From positions 236 through 60,063 of the forward strand of contig JBBDIE010000194.1 of NCBI GenBank assembly GCA_040880545.1: 59,828 nt of DNA. The letters run 5' to 3'. The translations under genes and the position numbers were made by a program. Positions 30,255 through 40,297 of the stretch are shown one piece after another (positions within the stretch are counted from its first letter, which is position 1; each line of letters begins with the position of its first letter). Under the pieces are notes generated by a model. It made no database searches. It saw nothing but the letters and a program-made list of their open reading frames with translations, and was not told the origin of the DNA. This DNA comes from Bacteroidales bacterium (GTDB lineage Bacteria > Bacteroidota > Bacteroidia > Bacteroidales > GCA-2748055).

Positions 30255-30632
30255 TTATATGATTTTGATCATAGCACGACCAATAAATACCGCTAATATG
30301 CCCAGGAAAAAGGTAAATCCGGTGTACAGTGCAAATTTCACCAGTTCCTTGCTCTGCAATAGCACGAAAGCGTCGTTGGACAATGAAGAAAAGGTTGTGA
30401 ATCCGCCAAGAATGCCAACAGAAAGAAAAATTCTCCACTCGGGTGACAAAAAATTTCCCCGCTCTGAAATTCCATAAACGATTCCGATTAACAAACAGCC
30501 GAGAATATTCACTAAAAAGGTGGCCCAGGGGAATACCGTATCATACGTGAACTGAAAATACCTTGAAATGAGAAAACGAAATACGGTTCCGATAAATCCA
30601 CCTAAACCTGCAATGAGAATTGATTTTACCAT
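30255..30632 (-). CDS. crcB: fluoride channel CrcB/FluC
   Basis: 125 aa with four TM segments and the GGFTTFS motif. It is preceded by a fluoride riboswitch. Confidence 0.9.
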   Translation of the reverse strand: MVKSILIAGLGGFIGTVFRFLISRYFQFTYDTVFPWATFLVNILGCLLIGIVYGISERGNFLSPEWRIFLSVGILGGFTTFSSLSNDAFVLLQSKELVKFALYTGFTFFLGILAVFIGRAMIKII

Positions 30633-30657
30633 AAGTCTTCAATAATAATCATTTTAT

Positions 30658-30711
30658 GGTAGAAGTCATCAGCCATGAAGAGCATGGCGGTTGATGGCAG
30701 ACTTCATTGCC
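30658..30711 (-). promoter_or_regulatory. fluoride riboswitch (crcB motif)
   Basis: The minus strand reads GGCAAUGAAGUCUGCCAUCAACCGCCAUGCUCUUCAUGGCUGAUGACUUCUACC. This matches the remembered consensus GGCGAUG..GCC..AAC.GCC...GGCUGAUG..UCUAC and lies 25 nt upstream of crcB. Confidence 0.85.
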
Positions 30712-30833
30712 AGTTATAATATTAAAAATAAAAAATTTTCAACGATCCAATAGGTTGATGAATACGTGGTACTTTACTTAAACTTTGAACTCCGGAATAT
30801 AAACATCGGCATACGCAGCGGTTCTAAGAAAAA

Positions 30834-31427
30834 TTAAAGTTCAATGCATCCAAAATCCTTTTCCTGCAACAACTTGTTTACTTTTTCCAGATCGAAATGC
30901 CCGGGATCAAATGATCCGCCCAGCCATTCTAAATAATTTTTATGTTCCTTATGTTGCGGTTGTCTCAAAATCCTCAGCATTTCTGCATACCCCCATGTGC
31001 CACCCACGTCTTCGGGCGGACAATTCATCTTCCCTCCCAGGCAAACCGGAAGTTGTTTTTTCTGATCCACTGGAAGAATCTTTTCCAGCACTATTTCATG
31101 TTGCCATCCATCACCGAAGTCATATTCGTAGATGATCTCATCTCCCTCCTCTTTTAACAACTTTGAAACTTTAATATTTTCATAATCCACATTATACAGT
31201 TCATTCCACATTTCATCGTCAGTTATCCTTGGCGTGTAAAACTTCTGATCACTGATAAATTGATGCATATGGGAATTGGTCCACCCCATGGAGGTCTGTA
31301 TCACTTTGTGAAAATCTTCCAGCAACAGATCAGTGGGTACCTGTACACGTCTCCATATTTTCGGTTCGGAATCTTTTAGGAGAATATGCACCTGGTAGAT
31401 CATATTTGTCATCTTAATTTTTTTCAA
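30834..31427 (-). CDS. pRiA4b ORF-3-like (MM3350-like) domain protein
   Basis: IYQVHILLKDSEPKIWRRVQVP...FHKVIQTSMGWTNSHMHQF is characteristic of this family. The start Met is ambiguous (three candidates). Confidence 0.7.
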   Translation of the reverse strand: MKKIKMTNMIYQVHILLKDSEPKIWRRVQVPTDLLLEDFHKVIQTSMGWTNSHMHQFISDQKFYTPRITDDEMWNELYNVDYENIKVSKLLKEEGDEIIYEYDFGDGWQHEIVLEKILPVDQKKQLPVCLGGKMNCPPEDVGGTWGYAEMLRILRQPQHKEHKNYLEWLGGSFDPGHFDLEKVNKLLQEKDFGCIEL

Positions 31428-31601
31428 ATATAATAAAGTTGACGAATTAGCAGTAAAGAAATCCTGTCCCAGGGTGGTAAATCATCATTTTTAGCCAAAA
31501 ACCCTTTCGATCCCTTATCAATACTTAGACTGGTTTCTATAACTGCCATTACCTACTCACACAAGCAAATTTCATTTCATATCATACCGTGTGTATGCCA
31601 T

Positions 31602-32171
31602 TCAGACCTTTAGTATACCACGGAAACCTCTGACTGCATAGTAAGAGGATGCACCATTGTGATACACGAAAACATGGCAGTAGCGAAAATCAGCAAAGAT
31701 CGCACCACCGAGTTTTCTAATATCTACAGGGGTTTTCACCCAACTTGATGTAGTTGTGTCAAAATCTTCAATATCCTGCAACTCCCGGTATTGTTTCTCC
31801 GATAAAAGTTCAATACCCATGGATGCAGCCATGTCGACAGCACTGTTTTTAGGTTTATGCTCTTTCCTGGATTCCAGCGCCTCACGGTCGTAACATATAC
31901 TGCGCCGGCCTTTCGGACTTTCTTTTGAACAATCCATGAAAATATATTCGTCCGCTTCATTTTCATAGCCTACAACGTCCGGTTCCCCGCCGGATCTTTC
32001 CATCTCATTGAGCGACCAAAGTTTTTCAGGATGAACATCCAACTTTGCTTTAACATGATCCCAATCAAGTGTCTCGTGACGGTTCATATGATTTTCAAAA
32101 CGTTCCTTCAGGGTCCTGAGCAGGTCCTCACGCTGTTGGGGTGAACATTCCTTCTTATTTCCCATGATCAC
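31602..32171 (-). CDS. DUF4256 domain protein
   Basis: The 189-aa sequence resembles DUF4256 (LWSLNEMERSGGEPDVVG, FMDCSKESPKGRRSICYD). Function unknown. Confidence 0.6.
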   Translation of the reverse strand: MIMGNKKECSPQQREDLLRTLKERFENHMNRHETLDWDHVKAKLDVHPEKLWSLNEMERSGGEPDVVGYENEADEYIFMDCSKESPKGRRSICYDREALESRKEHKPKNSAVDMAASMGIELLSEKQYRELQDIEDFDTTTSSWVKTPVDIRKLGGAIFADFRYCHVFVYHNGASSYYAVRGFRGILKV

Positions 32172-32344
32172 AATGTATTATAGTTGAATAATTAAATGCT
32201 TTTTTAATTGATATTGTGTATTGTTGGGTTGAGTCAGGTTAATATCACAGGGAAGAAGTAAGATCAAAAACCTTTTCCAGCAGTACGCTCACCGGAGACT
32301 GGTCTGGATTTGTCTCCATGATGTCCTTCCCAGTTAAATAATCG

Positions 32345-33265
32345 CTACTCAACGATCCACCTTATCCACTCAACTACCCGCTCCGGCCAGCCTGCCAGGT
32401 GGCCCTGTCCCACAGCCAGGCCAAAGCCATGACCTCCGTAAGGATAAATATGCACCGATGCCTTCACTTCATGCCCGACCAGTGCCCTGTAATATTCCAG
32501 ACTGTTTTCCACCGGAACACCCTTATCATCTGCTGCGTGGATCAAAATCGCCGGAGGCGTATCCTTCGTAACCTGCTGTTCACTGGAATACCACTGCATC
32601 AGGGCCTCATCATCTCCCACCAGGTTCCTGCGCGAACCCGAGTGCTGGAAATCTCCGGTGAAAGAAATTACCGGATACATCAAAATGGAAAAATCAGGAC
32701 GGCAGCTGACTTTGTCTACCGGATCCTCCGAGCCTGGATCTCCCCCGTCGTAATGCGTACTCAGTGCGGAAGCCAGATGACCTCCGGCCGAAAAGCCCAT
32801 GATGCCGATCTTCTCCTTATCTATTCCCCAATCCTCTGCATGGTACCTCACCAGCCGCAAGGCCCGTTGTGCATCCAGAAGTGGACTCTTATGCGGTTCG
32901 GTTTGCGTTTTGGGATCAGGGAGCCTGTACTTCAGAACCACCGCTGCGATCCCTTTTGCATTAAAGTATTTTGCAATATCCTCACCCTCTTTGTCGTAGG
33001 CGAGAATGCTGTATCCACCGCCCGGGCATATAACCACCGCCTCACCGGTTAAATTGGGTTTGGACGGAAGGAACACCTGTATATCAGGTACCTGCACCTT
33101 ACTGATCCTTACAATATCAGTGGTATCCCACACTTCTTCGACACCTGCATCCTGGTAATTGGGTATTTGACCGTCGGGGTAAAGGTTTATCTTGAATGAC
33201 TGACCGCATAGTACCATACCCACCACCGTAAACAACGATATGCATATAATTCGCTCCTTTTTCAT
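32345..33265 (-). CDS. secreted alpha/beta hydrolase (acetyl esterase/lipase type)
   Basis: CPGGGY oxyanion region and GFSAGGHLA nucleophile elbow. A signal peptide follows the internal Met at 33265. Confidence 0.8.
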   Translation of the reverse strand: MKKERIICISLFTVVGMVLCGQSFKINLYPDGQIPNYQDAGVEEVWDTTDIVRISKVQVPDIQVFLPSKPNLTGEAVVICPGGGYSILAYDKEGEDIAKYFNAKGIAAVVLKYRLPDPKTQTEPHKSPLLDAQRALRLVRYHAEDWGIDKEKIGIMGFSAGGHLASALSTHYDGGDPGSEDPVDKVSCRPDFSILMYPVISFTGDFQHSGSRRNLVGDDEALMQWYSSEQQVTKDTPPAILIHAADDKGVPVENSLEYYRALVGHEVKASVHIYPYGGHGFGLAVGQGHLAGWPERVVEWIRWIVE

Positions 33266-33334
33266 CACAATTGATCTTTTTAGGTGAATCATAAAGATAG
33301 TTAAATCACATAAGCAATGAATCTACCCCAAATA

Positions 33335-35710
33335 CTATTCCACTTTAAACTTAACTGCCTTTCCAAATGGATTTTCGACCAATTCCCCCTTCCCATTCTT
33401 CAACTCCACTTCAATCTTCTGCAACTCACCTTCCGGTACGACCACCAGCCCAGTGGCTTTACCGTCTCGGCCGGGAAATACTTTCAGGTCAATTTTCGAC
33501 CAGTCCATAAAGGCTGTGGACTGCGCCAGCTTAATATGGGGAATCACAGATCCTTCGCGGACCAGTGCAATGATGGGTATATCTCCTGAAGCTATATGGT
33601 GCCAGCCTCCCTGGTACTTCCTTCCTGTCTGGTAATCGGTCCAACTGCCGGCTGGCAGATATACATCCCGCTCCAATTCGTCGTTAAACAATGGAGCTAC
33701 GAGCATTTCGGAACCGAACATATACTGGTTGTCAATCAGCCAGCTCCCCGGATCGTCCGGGAACTCAACGAACAGTGCCCGCAGCATCGGAAGCCCTTTT
33801 GCTGAGCAATCGTGTGCCTGTGCATAAATATAAGGCATCAGTTCGTAACGCATATTCGCCGCATCCCGGAATGCATTCATAAAATCTTCCCCGTACTCCC
33901 ACGGCTCAGTTGGTGGAGCACCATGGCTACGTACGTGCGATGTGAGCATCCCAAACGGGGTCCAGTGACGGTATACATTTTCCGGGGTTTTGTTTACAAA
34001 CCCTCCAATGTCATGACTCCAGAATGAAAATCCGGTAACACCAATGGAAAGTCCGGCCCGTAATGAGGCCGACATGGCTGAGTATGTGTTTGCCGGATCT
34101 CCACCCCAATGCATGGGATAACGCTGACTGCCGGCCCATGTACTTCTGGCCCAGATAATCCTGTCGCCCGTAACCTCTTTGGTTATGTCTGAAACTGCCT
34201 TATTGTACCTCAACGGGTAAAGGTTATGCTCGTAGAACCCACTTCTGCCATTGGAATAGATGCCATCATAGGGCGCTGCTTCTCCAAAATCCACCTTGAT
34301 CACGGATACACCCAAATCCAGTAAACCCTTGATCTTCTCCTGGTACCATTCCACGGCAACAGGATTTGTGAAATCCAGGACCGCATCCTCCCTGGGCAGG
34401 TTTCCCTTGTGATTCTTCACGTACATATCCTTTTCAATAATCTCATCAAACAACCTGTTTTTTGGAACAAAATAGGGCAACTGCCACAAACAGGTCCTTA
34501 TTCCCTGGTCCTTGAAATCACGCATCATCTTCGCAGGGTCATCAAAACGATCGGCGGCAAATGTATAGTCGCATTGCCAGTCAACACCAAACCATCCTGT
34601 ATCGAAATGAAGCACATCTGAAGGGATCTTGTGCTTCCTGAGAAGGCTCACCACTTCGCGGCCCTCCGCCTCTGAAAAGTAGGTGATCCTGCTCATCCAG
34701 AATCCAAACGACCAAAGTGGGGGAACGGGAGATTTGCCTGTAATTTCGGTGTATTCATCCAGAATATCTTTTGGATCTCCAAGGAACATGAACAGATCCA
34801 ACTCTTCATCACCGATCATCAGGGAAGAGACGCCGGAAAAGTATTTTCCGAAATCACAGGTTATGGGCGTGGATGTGTGCATAAAAACACCGTATCCCCT
34901 GCTACTCATAAAAAAAGGTACCGGCTTGTACATGGTCTCATTCTGGGTTCCGTTTGAATCATCGGTATAAAGCACAACTTTCGATCCGCGCTTGTTAAAC
35001 TGGGTGAATGACTCACCCATACCAAAGATTTTTTCATCGGGCTGCAAATTGAAAGCCGCGTTGAAACTCCTGGAATAATCTGATGCCCTTCTGACATAAC
35101 TAAACGGTAATACCGGAGTATAGGTGCCAGAATTCTCCTGAAGGGTATTGGTGCTAGTCAGCAATTTCCCGTCACCGTTATATACCAGCACCTGGAATGG
35201 AGATTCAATTATTTCAACTCTGCCGTGGGCTCCGGAATAAACATGATTGTTATCTGCATTACTGTAGCTCCAGGGCTTCCCGGGACTAACCATACCATTA
35301 ACCAGCATCAGCGACTCCTCATCATCAAACCTGTCAAACCCGCTTTTCGCCTTGATACGGATGGTTCTGTCTGAAATGAATTCAATGGCGAATGGCAAAA
35401 CCGGAGTAGCTTCGTATTCGTTGGAGGGAAATTCATTCTGTTCCACCTCCCGCAGGCTCCCGAGCATATTATTGAAGGCCATCCGGGTTGAATATTCGTA
35501 CCGTTTATAAATAACCTTACCGCTGGCGCTTGCCGGATCGAACGACTCCAGGCTGCTGGCGATGTAATAGGTGTTCTGAAAATCAGCAAAATCACTGCTG
35601 ATATCCACAGGTTCATTGACCAGGTTAAATCCCTGTAATTGACCCTGAACACTTCCTGTAAATAATACTCCAATGGCAATAAATGCCATTAATGCAATTC
35701 TTGATCTCAT
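33335..35710 (-). CDS. GH31 glycoside hydrolase (alpha-xylosidase/alpha-glucosidase type)
   Basis: 791 aa with a signal peptide, nucleophile region IKVDFGE, and acid/base region HWGGD. Confidence 0.88.
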   Translation of the reverse strand: MRSRIALMAFIAIGVLFTGSVQGQLQGFNLVNEPVDISSDFADFQNTYYIASSLESFDPASASGKVIYKRYEYSTRMAFNNMLGSLREVEQNEFPSNEYEATPVLPFAIEFISDRTIRIKAKSGFDRFDDEESLMLVNGMVSPGKPWSYSNADNNHVYSGAHGRVEIIESPFQVLVYNGDGKLLTSTNTLQENSGTYTPVLPFSYVRRASDYSRSFNAAFNLQPDEKIFGMGESFTQFNKRGSKVVLYTDDSNGTQNETMYKPVPFFMSSRGYGVFMHTSTPITCDFGKYFSGVSSLMIGDEELDLFMFLGDPKDILDEYTEITGKSPVPPLWSFGFWMSRITYFSEAEGREVVSLLRKHKIPSDVLHFDTGWFGVDWQCDYTFAADRFDDPAKMMRDFKDQGIRTCLWQLPYFVPKNRLFDEIIEKDMYVKNHKGNLPREDAVLDFTNPVAVEWYQEKIKGLLDLGVSVIKVDFGEAAPYDGIYSNGRSGFYEHNLYPLRYNKAVSDITKEVTGDRIIWARSTWAGSQRYPMHWGGDPANTYSAMSASLRAGLSIGVTGFSFWSHDIGGFVNKTPENVYRHWTPFGMLTSHVRSHGAPPTEPWEYGEDFMNAFRDAANMRYELMPYIYAQAHDCSAKGLPMLRALFVEFPDDPGSWLIDNQYMFGSEMLVAPLFNDELERDVYLPAGSWTDYQTGRKYQGGWHHIASGDIPIIALVREGSVIPHIKLAQSTAFMDWSKIDLKVFPGRDGKATGLVVVPEGELQKIEVELKNGKGELVENPFGKAVKFKVE

Positions 35711-35746
35711 TTCAGTTGTAGTTTTATTGAGTTTGATAATTAAATT

Positions 35747-38179
35747 TTAATTGATGTTCAGGATAACCGACTCTCCTTCCAGACCCTCCGCTCTGAAAAA
35801 TATTTCTGCTGATCCCCGCTTACCTGATGGTTGCAAAACGAACAGACACTTACCGTTAAAAGCCTTCCTCTCATTAGCAACAAATGGCTCATGACTCACT
35901 GGGTTCCCATTATCCGTGGCGATTACTCTCGCATCTCCCTTTACCACGCAAGTAACCAGGTTATCTGACCGAGGCACCACTGTGCCATGCTCATCCAGTA
36001 TATTGATCGTGATAAATGAAAGATCTTCTGCGTCGTTATTCAGCTGGCTCCTGTCTGCTATCACCTCCAGTTTTGCAGGCTCACCGGCCGTTGTCACCGT
36101 TGCCACCATCTCTTCACCCGAGGGTAGTATCCCCACAACTCGAAGTTCTCCGGGTTCAAATTTTAATCGCCATTTCAAATGAAAGACAGTGTCGGAATTT
36201 TCCCGGACGCCCATAGATTTATCATTCAGAAATAACTCCACTGAACTGCAATTTGTATATGCCATTACATCAATCTCCTCTCCCTCTGTCCAGTTCCAGT
36301 GCGGGAAAAGATGCAACACCGGCTCTTCTGTCCATTCACTTTTGTACATATGGTATACATCCTTTGGAAATCCGGCCAGGTCGATAATTCCAAAATAAGA
36401 ACTTCGGGAGGGCCATCCATAGGGCGTGGGTTCTCCCAGGTAATCAAATCCGGTCCATATAAACATCCCGGAAAGATATGGATGCTTTTTGATCAGTGAC
36501 CACGATTCTTCATGGGTGGATCCCCATGGAGTGCTCACATTGTCGTATGAAGATACAGAATGGTCCGCATTGCCTTGATTAAAAGGAATATCCCACCGCA
36601 CGGGCCATCTGCGTATACTGTCTGAAGGCATATCATAACTACCCCGGGTCATCAGTCCCGAAGTGGTCTCTGTTGCAATAAAAAAATTACCAGGAAACCG
36701 TTCCGGGAATTTCTCAAAATCCTTATGCTGGTAGTTGTACCCAATCACATCCATCTCTCCAGCCTTAAGTAAAGCATTGTCAGGATGAGGCCAGTTATTC
36801 CCGGTAACGATCTCACGTGTGGAATCAAGTGATCTGACAATACTAACCAGTTCTGAAGTGATATATGTACCGGTAGAGTCCCACTGTTCAAGAATTTCAT
36901 TACCGATACTCCAGAGAAATACCGATGGATGGTTTCTGTCGCGTAATATATGGTCCCTGAGATCCCGCTCGTGCCATTCGTCCCAGTAAAGGCTGTAATC
37001 ATAGGGTGATTTTCTCTTTTTCCACATATCAAAAGTTTCATCCATCACCAGAAATCCCATCTGATCACAGAGCTCCAGTAATTCAGTGGCCGGTGGGTTA
37101 TGTGCCGTGCGGATCGCGTTACATCCCATCTCTTTCAGTAGTTCAAGCTGTCTTTCGAGGGCACGGGGATGAACCGCTGCCCCGAGACTGCCAAGATCGT
37201 GATGGTTGCAAACACCCCGTATTTTTAATGGCTGGTCGTTCAGGTAAAATCCCGTTTCATGATCAAACCTGAATTTTCGTATACCGAACCGGGTCTCGGT
37301 TTCATCGGTTCGATTTCCCGAATGATAAAGGGTAATCCTGAGCGTGTAAAGATCCGGCTCCAAAGTCGACCAGCGTTCAGGTTCCCTCAATTCAAATGCC
37401 ATCTGTGCCGGGGTTGTGGATCCGGCTGCCACATCATAAGCTCCATCACCTTCAGCCACAAGCTTATAACCCGGTGAAAACAGCTGCATACGTACCCGGA
37501 CCTCCGCATTTTTAATAGTACTGTTTTGTATTACAGTTTCTACTGTAACCGTTGCCCTTTCCTTCTCCACCACAGGTGTAGTAATATAGGTCCCCCAGGT
37601 AGTACAATGAATTTTCGATGTCGACACTAGATGCACCCTCCGGTATATTCCCGAACCGCTGTACCACCTGGAGTTGGGCTGTCTGGAGTTATCCACCTTC
37701 ACCGCTATTATATTCTCTTCATCACCGTAATTCAGGTAGGGCGTCATATCATAGCTGAAGGAGATATAACCATTTGGCCGGATCCCCAACAGGTGGCCGT
37801 TCAGGTACACTTCACTGTTCCGGTAGATGCCACCGAAATGGATGGAGTGGTTCTTCACCGAATCCGCTGTATCAATGAAAAAAGATTTTCGATACCAACC
37901 AATACCTCCCGGTAACGCCCCGCCTCCAACGGTTGCAGGGTGGTCTTTACTAAATTCCCCCTCAATACTCCAGTCATGGGGAAGGTCCAGGACCCGCCAG
38001 TTGGAATCATTTACCGACAACCCTGAAAATGGACCGTCACCCAGGTTAAACCTCCATGCTGAATTGAAATTCAATTCGATCCTGACCTTATCGTCAGTAC
38101 TGTCTGAACATGAAACGTTGAAAATGATCAATACGATGGTGATGATCATTCCGTGAAAATTGAGTCCGGTTATTCTCAT
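35747..38179 (-). CDS. GH2 glycoside hydrolase (beta-galactosidase type)
   Basis: 810 aa with an N-terminal sugar-binding jelly roll (YRNSEVYLNGHLLG), a TIM barrel with NAIRTAHNP and WSIGNE, and C-terminal Ig-like domains. Confidence 0.88.
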   Translation of the reverse strand: MRITGLNFHGMIITIVLIIFNVSCSDSTDDKVRIELNFNSAWRFNLGDGPFSGLSVNDSNWRVLDLPHDWSIEGEFSKDHPATVGGGALPGGIGWYRKSFFIDTADSVKNHSIHFGGIYRNSEVYLNGHLLGIRPNGYISFSYDMTPYLNYGDEENIIAVKVDNSRQPNSRWYSGSGIYRRVHLVSTSKIHCTTWGTYITTPVVEKERATVTVETVIQNSTIKNAEVRVRMQLFSPGYKLVAEGDGAYDVAAGSTTPAQMAFELREPERWSTLEPDLYTLRITLYHSGNRTDETETRFGIRKFRFDHETGFYLNDQPLKIRGVCNHHDLGSLGAAVHPRALERQLELLKEMGCNAIRTAHNPPATELLELCDQMGFLVMDETFDMWKKRKSPYDYSLYWDEWHERDLRDHILRDRNHPSVFLWSIGNEILEQWDSTGTYITSELVSIVRSLDSTREIVTGNNWPHPDNALLKAGEMDVIGYNYQHKDFEKFPERFPGNFFIATETTSGLMTRGSYDMPSDSIRRWPVRWDIPFNQGNADHSVSSYDNVSTPWGSTHEESWSLIKKHPYLSGMFIWTGFDYLGEPTPYGWPSRSSYFGIIDLAGFPKDVYHMYKSEWTEEPVLHLFPHWNWTEGEEIDVMAYTNCSSVELFLNDKSMGVRENSDTVFHLKWRLKFEPGELRVVGILPSGEEMVATVTTAGEPAKLEVIADRSQLNNDAEDLSFITINILDEHGTVVPRSDNLVTCVVKGDARVIATDNGNPVSHEPFVANERKAFNGKCLFVLQPSGKRGSAEIFFRAEGLEGESVILNIN

Positions 38180-38223
38180 GATTGGGTATGTGTTGGAATT
38201 GACTTAGCGTTTCAGAGACGCTT

Positions 38224-38231
38224 TCAAAGAT
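38224..38231 (-). promoter_or_regulatory. Bacteroidota -7 promoter box (TATCTTTG on the minus strand)
   Basis: caaagata on the plus strand, 45 nt upstream of the GH2 start codon. Confidence 0.35.
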
Positions 38232-38527
38232 ATGATTATCATTCGAAATTTACCAGAAAATTCATTTTTCAATTGCTCTACAACCAACCATTAATTGAAA
38301 CGGAAAAACGAACTATATACCGGAAACGACTCTTGAGGTAATTGAATTGTCATAACAAAAAATCAAAACCTCACGCCATATCTTCATTTAAAGACTATGA
38401 AAATACGGGAAGGATCCAAGGAATCAATATCAGAAATGTCATTCCCATAGTTGTTAAATAATAGAAAAACAAAAGTTTAACCAAATTATGAAAGGGTCTG
38501 CTGAAAAACATGAATTATAATACCAGC

Positions 38528-38562
38528 GAAAAAAAAAGACCATCCATAGGACGGTCTTTTTT
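38528..38562. terminator. bidirectional intrinsic terminator
   Basis: A-run, then stem AGACCaTCC / GGAcGGTCT with loop ATA, then T-run. It lies immediately downstream of the 160-aa gene on the minus strand. Confidence 0.8.
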
Positions 38563-38596
38563 TACGGGTAAGGTTCAGTAAATTTTTTAGGTCAGT

Positions 38597-39079
38597 TTAT
38601 GAAACCAGCATTTCAGGCAGAAACCCTGCGATCAAATTAATGGCTGTCTTCTTATCAATTTTACGTTTATCACTCAGAACGGTCTGTTCACTGTATTCAA
38701 CCGGATCAAACCTGTACTGTGTATCCGGATTTGAAAACATGATCTTTCTTGCACCAAAACCTTGTTTCGTACAATCATAAAAAATAGTGAATTCCCGATT
38801 GTAAGCGATAAACGATTTGCATTTTCCATCCAGATTCACGGCAATATTGAAGTTCTTTGAAGGATCATCATAATAAACCTTGAATACTTCATAAACATTT
38901 CCCTGGAAATGATATACATCGTTCGTCGTTCTTACAACAAAATCTCCAGCAGAAGAAAAAGAGGTTCCGGTTGTGTATACATCCGTAATTTCGCCTTCAG
39001 CAAAAACTACGCTGGTAGTCATAACAAGCGCCAATGCAATTGTCAATAATCCTGAAATAAAACTAACCTTTGTTTTCAT
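38597..39079 (-). CDS. hypothetical secreted protein
   Basis: 160 aa with a clear signal peptide, its own strong terminator and AT-rich codons. No recognisable family. Confidence 0.6.
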   Translation of the reverse strand: MKTKVSFISGLLTIALALVMTTSVVFAEGEITDVYTTGTSFSSAGDFVVRTTNDVYHFQGNVYEVFKVYYDDPSKNFNIAVNLDGKCKSFIAYNREFTIFYDCTKQGFGARKIMFSNPDTQYRFDPVEYSEQTVLSDKRKIDKKTAINLIAGFLPEMLVS

Positions 39080-39372
39080 AGTAATATATATTAAAAATTT
39101 AACAAAAAAGCTGGTTTAAGCTTCTGGTGTACGCATTCACGCGGACAATCAATATGTCAAAGAACTTTACAATTTCAAGTGATCTCATGCAGTATCCTTA
39201 TAAAATTAGACCGGGAGACGAAACTTTGAAAATTTATTCAGCCAACGACTGGAAAACGTAAGTAAATGTATATACAAAGAACTGAAGTGGCATATTCATG
39301 TACTCTTCGGCCAACAGTTAAATAAATACAGAGAACACATTGTCAAAAAACGTCACGACCCCGAAACATAAA

Positions 39373-40014
39373 TTATACATTTTCAATCCTGAGGTCTACA
39401 CTATATACATTTCCCTTTCGTCCAGTTTCCAGGTGATACCGGCCGTAACACTTATTATCCAGCAACTCCCTGGCCGCTACAATTCCAAGTCCCTCCTGTT
39501 CACCATTCCTGTCATCTTCCTGGATTGATGGAACCAGATTATTTATTCTGAAAAAAAGTGTATTTGATTTCACCAATATTTTAATGGTAAGCCACCCCTT
39601 CCCTGAACATTTCCGGATACCATGCTTAAAACTATTTTCTACAAACGTATATATCAGCAGCGGTGGGATCATCACCTTGTCTAATTCCCCCGACACCTGG
39701 AAATCCAATAAAAAACTGGTCTCCTGCAGCCAGATGTTTTCCAGCTTGATATACTCCTCAATGAGATTCACCTCATCTTCCAGTGTAATATAATTTCGCC
39801 GTAATGCGGATACCACCCTTGTCAATAGCGCTGAAAGGCCCGCGATCGCATCAGCAGTCTGATCAGATCTTTTAACAGACAGCGCATAAAGGTTATTTAA
39901 GGAATTAAATAGAAAATGCGGCTGCAGCAACATCTTGAATAGCTCCAGGTTGCCATGGGAATTTGCTGTAATGTTATCCCGTAGAGATAATTCGCTTTGG
40001 TTAATTTGCATCAT
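39373..40014 (-). CDS. LytS/YehU-type histidine kinase catalytic core without transmembrane sensor region
   Basis: H-box LQPHFLFNSLNNLYALS and N-box FVENSFKHG are present, but there is no TM segment. Only about 28 residues precede the H-box. Confidence 0.75.
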   Translation of the reverse strand: MMQINQSELSLRDNITANSHGNLELFKMLLQPHFLFNSLNNLYALSVKRSDQTADAIAGLSALLTRVVSALRRNYITLEDEVNLIEEYIKLENIWLQETSFLLDFQVSGELDKVMIPPLLIYTFVENSFKHGIRKCSGKGWLTIKILVKSNTLFFRINNLVPSIQEDDRNGEQEGLGIVAARELLDNKCYGRYHLETGRKGNVYSVDLRIENV

Positions 40015-40297
40015 TTCAATGTTTTAGCTGGTTTTCCAGGTAAGCTATTCAATCTGCCTGATAAAATCACATTTCATGCCAAAGGATGTAATATGTTGAT
40101 TTTGTAATATTTACGATTTTTTACTAAATCTGAATAAGTGTTAAAATCGTCCGATTTTGTACATCTTTGTTCGGTGTGTCTGAAATCGGTCATTCGGTAC
40201 AGAGTTTTTATACGGCAATCAACACCGACTTGTCTTTAAACCATTGAATGAACATAGCAATGTGAAAGATTCAGGATTGACCTGGAAGAGGGGTATA

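Noticed and set aside
30834-31427. Mobile element inferred from the pRiA4b ORF-3-like (IS-passenger-type) protein.
   Set aside because: There is no transposase, integrase, terminal inverted repeat or target duplication nearby. The family alone is not evidence of mobility.
5430-33292. The longest-ORF start codons for several genes: 5430, 7809, 9071, 10261, 10687, 16477 and 33292.
   Set aside because: The upstream extensions lack signal-peptide or family sequence, in one case include a promoter box, and are followed by an internal Met that begins a proper signal peptide or conserved N-terminus. Starts were moved to 5454, 7740, 9119, 10276, 10807, 16453 and 33265.
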